Source: Paramicrosporidium saccamoebae KSL3 (lineage: Eukaryota; Fungi; Cryptomycota). From it: a stretch of DNA of 9,475 nt. The translations under genes and the position numbers were made by a program. Below are positions 1 through 5,881 of this stretch, one piece after another. The notes below the pieces were generated by a model, which saw only the letters and a program-made list of their open reading frames with translations, was not told the DNA's origin and did not search any database. The stretch is from the NCBI GenBank assembly GCA_002794465.1, contig MTSL01000081.1:12088-21562 (forward strand). Direction: 5' to 3'. Positions within the stretch are counted from its first letter, which is position 1. Every line of letters starts with the position of its first letter.

Positions 1-42
1 GCAACCCCCCTTCCCGTCTGGTATTATCCCCACTACGCGACA
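1..42 (-). mobile_element. Repeat family E2, 5' terminal part, truncated by the left window edge
   Basis: The reverse complement of 19-42 is TGTCGCGTAGTGGGGATAATACCA, identical to 8046-8069. The first 19 nt are also identical to 349-367. Confidence 0.7.
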
Positions 43-62
43 ATATCATATATCGTGATACT

Positions 63-328
63 TGGTGGAAGAGAGTATTTCTTTACTAAAGGCGTCTTTA
101 TAGACTGCCATCCTCAATTTGACTGGGTTATGAAATGGTATAACCCTAAATTGGGATCACTCCCACCATAAGCGGTTCCTATCTAACAAGATCTGTTAAC
201 CAGCACCCACTTATTATTGATGAGTCCGACCCAGATAGCGGTCCCGCAGGCCAGCTTGGTCATATTAAGAGTGACTAACCATAAAGAAGCCACATACTTT
301 AATAATAGTGTGCTTTCACTCATCAACA
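63..328 (-). repeat. Repeat family E1, copy A (solo-LTR-like or MITE-like), with a 97-bp extra segment at 96-192
   Basis: 220-306 aligns to the reverse complement of 3276-3362 at 69/87 nt by hand count. 82-94 (TTTACTAAAGGCG) and 193-200 (CTGTTAAC) also match copy B. The ends are TGGTG (63-67) and CTCATCAACA (319-328). The left boundary is approximate. Confidence 0.8.
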
Positions 329-348
329 AACCCTTTATTGGTATCTCT

Positions 349-534
349 TGTCGCGTAGTGGGGATAAATAGTATGGACTGTCAGGCGGAAAGCCATCCAC
401 TGCTAATCCTAGAATAGTATGGATACACATCTCACTGTCCTCAAATACCCAGCAACTAATCAATCCTCTGCCTCTACGTCAAATACCCGACTAATCAATC
501 AATCCTCTGCCTCTGCCTCTGCCTCTCCGTCACA
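349..534 (+). mobile_element. Repeat family E2, complete 186-bp copy (non-autonomous element or solo LTR)
   Basis: It starts TGTCGCGTAGTGGGGATAA and ends CTCCGTCACA, giving TGT...ACA ends and an imperfect 10-bp terminal inverted repeat. The flanks CTCT (345-348) and CCCT (535-538) match 3 of 4. Confidence 0.65.
441..534 (+). repeat. Tandem duplication of the E2 3' end, with CAAT and CTCTGC micro-repeat expansion
   Basis: Unit 1 is 441-478 (TCAAATACCC..ACTAATCAATCCTCTGCCTCTACG). Unit 2 is 479-529 (TCAAATACCC..ACTAATCAATCAATC(CTCTGC)x3CTCTCCG). Confidence 0.9.
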
Positions 535-617
535 CCCTGACCCGTAGTTATATCATCTCACAATTTTTAACGGGGCATTGCAAGCTCAAATCTCAGTTAC
601 GAAAATGAGTTTATTTA

Positions 618-1670
618 ATGGATCTAGGCACGTTTTGTGCAGGTCTCCCAGTACGGGGAATCAGTAGCCAGGCTGACCTTGAGCAGTATCTCCTTAGCGA
701 TACGTTCCAGAAATTCTACGCCTTTGTGAAAACACTCTCGGAATCTGTCGCTGGTCTGAAGCTGAGTGATTGTCCGGCGCCCTCTGCCAATGTGCACTGG
801 GCTGCCACTCTACTAGAGCAAATGAGCACGAGTGTGTCGAACTATCCGCCGGTAGAGACGAATTCTCGGTTTGGGAATGCTGCGTTTCGCGACTGGTTGG
901 ATGCTATGCGCGTAATGGTGCCCAAGGAACATTTTGACAAGAAAATTCCCCTCCCCGATGAGGTATCTTCGTATCTGCTCAATTCTCTCGGTGACTATCA
1001 GCGGATCGACTACGGGACCGGCCACGAGGCACACTTTATTGCGTGGCTATACTGTCTCTGTGCATCTGAAACGGGACCATTCTTTACCACCCATGACCAT
1101 TGCTCTCTCATCCTGTCTCTGTTCACCCGCTATATGCATCTCATGCGGCGTCTCCAACAGACATATTGGCTTGAGCCGGCCGGTTCGCATGGTGTTTGGG
1201 GTCTTGACGACTACCACTTCCTGCCCTTCCTCTTTGGCGCTTCCCAGCTCATTAATCATCCGCATCTCCGTCCAAAGTCCATCCACGACCTGGATCTAGT
1301 CGAGGAATATGCCTCTGAATATCTCTATTTTTCATGTGTCGACACCATTAACCGGGTAAAGACGGCCACTCTACAATGGCACTCGCCGATGCTCAATGAT
1401 ATTAGTGCGGTTCGGACATGGAGCAAGGTTAACCAAGGGCTGTTGAAAATGTACAGAGTGGAAGTGCTAGGCAAGGTGCCGATCATGCAACATTTCCTTT
1501 TTGGGAAAATTTTACCATTCCATTCCACGGCACCCAGGACGGATGAGAAACACCGACACAGCATGCGGGGTGACTGCTGTGGCAATCCGCTTCCGTCCAT
1601 CTACTCTGTCACTGGAACAAACCGGTCTGATTGTAACCACAGCCCCTTGTCGAAATTACCGTTTGACTAA
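618..1670 (+). CDS. RRD2: Serine/threonine-protein phosphatase 2A activator (PTPA family, Rrd2/Ypa2-like), 350 aa
   Basis: PTPA hallmark motifs SRFGNAAFRDW, RIDYGTGHE, YWLEPAGSHGVWGLDDYHFLPFLFG and WHSPML..IS..W.KVNQGLLKMY..EVLGKVPIMQHFLFG are present. YWLEPAG and the C-terminal GDCCG..PS favour the Rrd2 paralogue over Rrd1; that assignment is less certain than the family. Confidence 0.95.
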   Translation: MDLGTFCAGLPVRGISSQADLEQYLLSDTFQKFYAFVKTLSESVAGLKLSDCPAPSANVHWAATLLEQMSTSVSNYPPVETNSRFGNAAFRDWLDAMRVMVPKEHFDKKIPLPDEVSSYLLNSLGDYQRIDYGTGHEAHFIAWLYCLCASETGPFFTTHDHCSLILSLFTRYMHLMRRLQQTYWLEPAGSHGVWGLDDYHFLPFLFGASQLINHPHLRPKSIHDLDLVEEYASEYLYFSCVDTINRVKTATLQWHSPMLNDISAVRTWSKVNQGLLKMYRVEVLGKVPIMQHFLFGKILPFHSTAPRTDEKHRHSMRGDCCGNPLPSIYSVTGTNRSDCNHSPLSKLPFD

Positions 1671-1678
1671 ACCATTGT

Positions 1679-2326
1679 TTATATAATTGCATCGTGATCA
1701 GTACTAACGTTGGCATTTTCTGTAGCGGCAGCTTTGGCTTTCATTGCGCCAATATCCAGCTTCAATTGCAACCCAGCTGCTGCCTCCTTCTTTAGCTTTT
1801 TCTTGTGCAGATTCTGATGCCTCCGCCACTTGTCCTTTGCGTCAAAAATTTTGTGGCATCCCTCAAAGGTACATACAAAGGTCGGCGTCATACTCTTTGG
1901 AGGCTTTGTTGTGCGCTCCCGACTCCATCCGCTGAGCAGCATAGTTCGCCCGCCTAGCAGTGTAACTTCACACGGCTCATGGCGCCATTTCCTGGCTCGG
2001 AATTGCCGCATCTCCTGGACGAATGCGACCTGTTCCGGAAACTGAAGTCGTGTCGGTGTGGGCTTGACCAGTTCGTCAGTGGAAGAGGCCATCTTACTTT
2101 TGGGTTTCTTGTAAGGCGTAGCAAAGGCATCCGTCTTTTTGCGTTTAGGGGCGCGCTTTGGGGGCGCCTCTGAGGGCGGGTCACTGGATGGTGCAGGACT
2201 GGCAGCGCGTATCTCTGATAGTTTGAATGTTAGTTTTAGCTTTGGGGTAGTATTTGCAGTGGTGTTGCCGCTAGAATTACCGCTAGCTATTGAAGACGCC
2301 TCCATGCCGTGTTTCGACTCGTCCAT
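1679..2326 (-). CDS. Nuclear protein with a 2W-hairpin (Ies4/YY1-REPO-like) motif and one C2H2 zinc finger, putative INO80 subunit, 215 aa
   Basis: C2H2 finger FVCTFEGCHKIFDAKDKWRRHQNLH (aa 150-174). Motif RKWRHEPCEVTLLGGRTMLLSGW (aa 112-134). Basic NLS-like stretches PKRAPKRKK and KKKLKK. The N-terminus is S/T/P-rich and likely disordered. CDS and finger are confident; the INO80 assignment is inference. Confidence 0.75.
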   Translation of the reverse strand: MDESKHGMEASSIASGNSSGNTTANTTPKLKLTFKLSEIRAASPAPSSDPPSEAPPKRAPKRKKTDAFATPYKKPKSKMASSTDELVKPTPTRLQFPEQVAFVQEMRQFRARKWRHEPCEVTLLGGRTMLLSGWSRERTTKPPKSMTPTFVCTFEGCHKIFDAKDKWRRHQNLHKKKLKKEAAAGLQLKLDIGAMKAKAAATENANVSTDHDAII

Positions 2327-2526
2327 GGAAACCGCGGTACTAGGCCGTTGAGTTGTTGGGTTGTCAGTGCTGGGTTATGTAAGAGTTGGCTTACTAGTCC
2401 TGGCTTATGGGACTGTTGGACTGTGCGATTGTTGGGCCATGCTATGGAATTATTGCTGCCGAGTAGTCACACTGTCGGTTCACTGTTTCAATTCATAATC
2501 AGAGCAGGTTCGATTGACAATTTTAT

Positions 2527-3162
2527 TCAAGCAACACCATCATACATTAATAGAGCCTGCACTATTGTCGGGTCATTTTTCACTCCTTCCCGAAACTCGT
2601 CCAGCGTTAGTTTCTCACTCTCATCCTTTCCCATCACCCTGAACAACTTGGTCACCCGCTTGGCTGGCGTGTCTTCGTCCTCTGGCAACTCCACCATGGT
2701 CCCCATCATCCTGTAGATTGCGTCCACAATGACCAACATATCTGTCCTACTCACCCGCTCATCCCCATCGTAATCATATAAACGAAACGCCCATTGTATT
2801 TTTTCCTCCATCCGTCCACGTGTGGTGATGGAGAGGCCAGCAAGAAACTCGCCAAAGTCAATGCTCCCACTGCCAGAGACGTCGTAGAGACGGAATAGTT
2901 GGCCGGCAAAGGCGGTGCTATCGCCAAAGGGGAAAAAGTTTTCGTACATGGACAGAAACTGTTCCTTGCTCATCAGTCCGCTGGGACATTCTCGCAAGAA
3001 GGCGCGATGCCTGACAAATAAAAAGTGTTGCTGCAGTATACCAATTTAGAATCTCTTTCCTATCATCTACACTATTAATTACTTGCAGGAATTCTTACAA
3101 TGTGTGGTCCTCTGCAGGTCCTGCACAATTTCGGGACTCAGTTTACTATTGGCCTTGCCCAT
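2527..3162 (-). CDS. NCS1: Neuronal calcium sensor 1 / frequenin, join(3162..3099, 3066..3042, 3010..2527), 190 aa
   Basis: Removing two GT-AG introns gives 64+25+484 = 573 nt = 190 aa plus TGA, the canonical NCS-1 length. The sequence starts MGKANSKLSPEIVQDLQRTTHYDRKEILNWHRAFLRECPSG, with an MGxxxS myristoylation motif and the CPSG EF1 signature. FFPFGD, EEKIQWAFRLYD, LPEDEDTPAKRV and DPTIVQAL are also present. Confidence 0.97.
3011..3041 (-). other. Spliceosomal intron 2 of NCS1 (31 nt)
   Basis: GTATACTGCAGCAACACTTTTTATTTGTCAG. It splits the Trp30 codon TG|G, and removal restores the frame and the homology. Confidence 0.92.
3067..3098 (-). other. Spliceosomal intron 1 of NCS1 (32 nt)
   Basis: GTAAGAATTCCTGCAAGTAATTAATAGTGTAG. 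Strong GTAAG donor, TTAAT branch-like site near the acceptor, and an in-frame stop. It splits the Tyr22 codon T|AT. Confidence 0.93.
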
Positions 3163-3256
3163 TTGTGTTGCGAGAGTATATTTACAGACCAGGGGATGTG
3201 AAGAAAAGGGGAGACAGCTACGCTGATCAACCCGTCACTAAGTAATCGGAGTATGG

Positions 3257-3421
3257 TGTTGATGAGCAAGCTAACTTTATTAAAGTATATGGCTCCTCTA
3301 TAGATAGCCATTTCTAATACAACCAAACTGGACTGTGGGACCGCTATCTGAGCCGGACTCACCAGTGGCAAGCGGATGCTGTTAACAGGCGCCTTTAGTA
3401 AAATTAATCCGCTCATCAACC
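3257..3421 (+). repeat. Repeat family E1, copy B (165 bp, uninterrupted)
   Basis: Perfect 10-bp terminal inverted repeat GTTGATGAGC (3258-3267) / GCTCATCAAC (3411-3420). The interior is homologous to 63-328 and 8004-8370. Confidence 0.85.
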
Positions 3422-3482
3422 CCCTTTGTCTCTAATCCATTATATGCTTTCTTTCTTGCACTTGTGATTTTATTTCAACTGA

Positions 3483-4718
3483 TTAGTGGTGACGACGGAT
3501 GATGAAAAATAAGACGGGAAGCAGGCCGGCAATGGCAGTCCACTGGAACAGCACCTGGAAAGCTCGCGAGTTATCGCCAAAATAGTCAAGGACAACTCCT
3601 CCGGCGATCCCTGCGACGATCATTGCCAGCGATCCGTATATGCCATGAAAGGCAGCTAATGCGGTCGTCTCACAGCCTGGGGTAGCCAATGTATTGGCAA
3701 TCTTTGTGCCCGCCATTGTGATGCTCGCATGGTTGATTCCCTTGAGAACTTCTCCAGGGACAGTGATCCAGGAATAGGAACTGGTTGTGGGCGCCAGACC
3801 GTAAATTGCACTCCGGAGAACGCCCGTCAAATGGCCAATCAGCATCACAGTTTCATTGCTCGTATGGGCGACAACGGTTTTGCCGTAAAAGAAGAATAGG
3901 ATCTCGGGTATGAGACGAGCTTGCATGGCTAGTCCATAGTGCAGATCCTTCATCATACGCACCTTTTTGAAGTAGACCGGAACAAATGTACCAACAACAC
4001 AGCGGACATAGCCCGCCATCAGAGTTCCAATAATGAACATGACAAACGGTGAGGATGTTAGCAATCTGGAAACTGGCCCCCACATTGAAGAATTTCCTCC
4101 CACTGCCACAGACTTTTCAAGCTGAATAGACTCTACCGACGGTCTTGGCTGCTCCGCCGATTTCACCGGATAGCATAACATGATTGCTATAAACGATGCT
4201 GTTGACGCGGCCAATGCAATGAACATGAAGCCGTACCCAAACCTTTCAATGCCCCATCCATTCAGAGTGACCACAAGTGCATGTCCCAGACTGCCCCATA
4301 GTCTTTGTCGGCCGAAAGTGTCGGGATCTGGCAGCGATAGCAACACGACTCGATCCAGCAAGGGAGTCATGGCACTTCCAAATACACCCGCCCCGCCGTA
4401 CAATACGCACACAATGATCACACGCCATATCAGACTCTCCTTTGCTCCAATACCAAACCATAGGGCCCCGAATAGGACTGCATACGCTGTCGTGCATCCA
4501 ACCAATATTGCGCGATGTGCGTCAAAGCGCTCCGCCATTCTTCCCCATAGCAGTGAACCGAAGAGAGACAGCACACAAATTGCCGTAATGTATCCATAAC
4601 TATGCGTCGGAATTCCCCAATGTTCTTCCAGATAGTTCGGCGTGTACACGTAGGTGGCGTAAAAGGACAAACTGAGGGACAGATATGCCAGTTTTGGGTA
4701 GAGTAGCAAGTCGTCCAT
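3483..4718 (-). CDS. Major facilitator superfamily transporter (MFSD6 / MFS_1-like type), 411 aa
   Basis: About 12 hydrophobic segments in a 6+6 arrangement with a central hydrophilic loop. LWGRMAERF follows TM2. PLLDRVVL..FGRQRLWGSLG is typical of the MFSD6-like family, and the N-terminus has LLYPKLAY. Substrate unknown. Confidence 0.9.
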   Translation of the reverse strand: MDDLLLYPKLAYLSLSLSFYATYVYTPNYLEEHWGIPTHSYGYITAICVLSLFGSLLWGRMAERFDAHRAILVGCTTAYAVLFGALWFGIGAKESLIWRVIIVCVLYGGAGVFGSAMTPLLDRVVLLSLPDPDTFGRQRLWGSLGHALVVTLNGWGIERFGYGFMFIALAASTASFIAIMLCYPVKSAEQPRPSVESIQLEKSVAVGGNSSMWGPVSRLLTSSPFVMFIIGTLMAGYVRCVVGTFVPVYFKKVRMMKDLHYGLAMQARLIPEILFFFYGKTVVAHTSNETVMLIGHLTGVLRSAIYGLAPTTSSYSWITVPGEVLKGINHASITMAGTKIANTLATPGCETTALAAFHGIYGSLAMIVAGIAGGVVLDYFGDNSRAFQVLFQWTAIAGLLPVLFFIIRRHH

Positions 4719-5643
4719 GCTCGGATGGTGGCTGTGGCTTCTGCGGATGCTCTCACACCGGGATATTCCGGATGCTTATATTGAGCTCAATTTGGACAGT
4801 CAGGTGAGAGGGGAGGAAAGATACCTGATGGTTCTTCCATATGAGGGACTGTCGAATCAGATTAATGGTATACTGAGGGGATTTGAGATGGCGCAGAGGC
4901 TGGGCCGAGTCTTGGTAATACCACCCATTGTGCGGTCTCAACACGAGCCTGACTCGTGTCCGCTGTTAGAGGACTGGCGGTCATTTGTAGACTTTCAAAA
5001 ACTCGGCAGACATGTGTTTCTCGAAAACATCGAGTTGCCCGAGGGCATGTCATGCTATTCTTTTGGCAAATGGCGCAAATGGTCTGTATTTGGAGATACC
5101 ACTAGACGGTTTATGGGAACTGTGTCGACGAAAATGAGACTGAAATGGCGACCTCTGAAGAGTCCGGCAAATTCTTGGATCCTGGCAGACCTTCTTGGAC
5201 ACGACCGTTTTGTTGCAGTTGCTCAGCTTCAACATGTACATTTTGACAAAGCAGTCCACAGCAAGATCAAGGACCTTGGATTTGGTTCATCGTTTGATAA
5301 CCTGGAGATTCCGTATACGGGAGTACACTGGAGAAGGGGAGACTTTGCCGAGGCCTGTAAGAACAAGAAGCAAGAGTCATGTCTGCCGTCTCTGTCAAAC
5401 TTTGGCTCCAGAGTACATGACGGGACCGTGTGGATTGCGACGGATGAGCTGGATTCTATTCCGTCGTTTCGATTGTCATTTCCAAACATTACCTTCCTCT
5501 CCTCTCATAGGGAGTGTGCGAGTCGATACTTTGATGACCTGATACACTTGTGGAAGAGTACTCATTTTATTGGCAACGGCTATTCAACCCTTTCACGCCT
5601 TGTATTTGGACTGAGGAACAATAGCGCAGTGTCTGTATTTTAA
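4717..5643 (+). CDS. GDP-fucose protein O-fucosyltransferase family protein (O-FucT, POFUT-like), 308 aa
   Basis: Motifs EGLSNQ..I..G..MAQRLGRVLVIPP, YTGVHWRRGDF..AC, VWIATDE and HFIGNGYSTLSRLV match the O-FucT pattern (GxxNQ, HxRRxD, ATD, FIGxxxST(F/L)S). Short hydrophobic N-terminus MLGWWLWLL. Confidence 0.85.
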   Translation: MLGWWLWLLRMLSHRDIPDAYIELNLDSQVRGEERYLMVLPYEGLSNQINGILRGFEMAQRLGRVLVIPPIVRSQHEPDSCPLLEDWRSFVDFQKLGRHVFLENIELPEGMSCYSFGKWRKWSVFGDTTRRFMGTVSTKMRLKWRPLKSPANSWILADLLGHDRFVAVAQLQHVHFDKAVHSKIKDLGFGSSFDNLEIPYTGVHWRRGDFAEACKNKKQESCLPSLSNFGSRVHDGTVWIATDELDSIPSFRLSFPNITFLSSHRECASRYFDDLIHLWKSTHFIGNGYSTLSRLVFGLRNNSAVSVF

Positions 5644-5645
5644 AG

Positions 5646-5651
5646 AAAAAA
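5646..5651 (-). terminator. RNA polymerase III terminator (T6)
   Basis: A run of six A on the + strand gives T6 on the - strand, one base after the tRNA-Ile discriminator. Confidence 0.8.
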
Positions 5652-5652
5652 T

Positions 5653-5726
5653 TGGTCCTTGACAGGATCGAACTGCCGACCTTGGCGTTATTAGCACCAC
5701 GCTCTAACCAACTGAGCTAAAGGACC
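5653..5726 (-). tRNA. tRNA-Ile(AAT), 74 nt, no intron
   Basis: GGTCCTTTAGCTCAGTTGGTTAGAGCGTGGTGCTAATAACGCCAAGGTCGGCAGTTCGATCCTGTCAAGGACCA. Acceptor stem GGTCCTT/AAGGACC, anticodon arm TGGTG-CT AAT AA-CGCCA, TTCGA T-loop. Confidence 0.98.
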
Positions 5727-5731
5727 AAATA

Positions 5732-5804
5732 CGCCCAGCGTGGGGCTCGAACCCACGACATTGAGATTAAGAGTCTCACGCTCTACCGACTGAGCTAGCC
5801 GGGC
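5732..5804 (-). tRNA. tRNA-Lys(CTT), 73 nt, no intron
   Basis: GCCCGGCTAGCTCAGTCGGTAGAGCGTGAGACTCTTAATCTCAATGTCGTGGGTTCGAGCCCCACGCTGGGCG. Anticodon arm TGAGA-CT CTT AA-TCTCA, T-arm GTGGG-TTCGAGC-CCCAC. Confidence 0.98.
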
Positions 5805-5881
5805 GGACAAGATGAAGGCACTTTCACTAGTGATAATGCTTAGATATATTAGAATCAAGATTGGCTGTAATATTGGATGTG

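Noticed and set aside
218-250. TGATGAGTCCG (CTGGTGAGTCCG in copy B) resembling a hammerhead ribozyme core; TGATGA in the E1 ends resembling a snoRNA C box
   Set aside because: No GAAA follows a stem II and the pairing is not conserved between copies. The TGATGA lies within the terminal inverted repeat, with no suitably placed CTGA D box.
349-400. E2 as a tRNA-derived SINE (TCGCGTAGTGG resembles an A box; TGTCAGGCGG resembles a tRNA-Asp anticodon arm)
   Set aside because: There is no GTTCRA B box at the expected distance, no cloverleaf and no A-rich tail. TGT...ACA ends with a 4-bp duplication fit an integrase-type insertion better.
217-417. ORF 217-417 and its look-alike 3138-3419 (shared SP.QIAVPQ.SLV.L peptide) as a small paralogous protein family
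   Set aside because: The similarity comes from the E1 DNA repeat. The 18 differences over 29 codons fall 8/5/5 on codon positions 1/2/3, with no synonymous bias. Copy C is interrupted, and 3138-3419 overlaps the true NCS1 exon 1 out of frame.
2327-2440. In-frame upstream ATG (2440) for the zinc-finger gene across two TAA codons (possible stop-codon reassignment), and a 25-nt GTAAG...CAG candidate intron at 2394-2370
   Set aside because: TAA is the normal stop of several genes here, so reassignment is unsupported. Removing the candidate intron does not join any upstream ATG in frame. At most it is a 5' UTR intron, which cannot be tested without RNA data.
2995-2997. ORF-track start of the calcium sensor at 2997
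   Set aside because: This is a TTG (Leu) inside exon 3. The true start is the ATG at 3162 via two introns.
5861-5881. TTG start at 5861, and likewise the GTG start at 6609 that overlaps the upstream stop
   Set aside because: In a eukaryote the first in-frame ATGs (5882 and 6648) are preferred, and they give a clean signal peptide and targeting leader. The apparent gene overlap at 6609-6616 then disappears.
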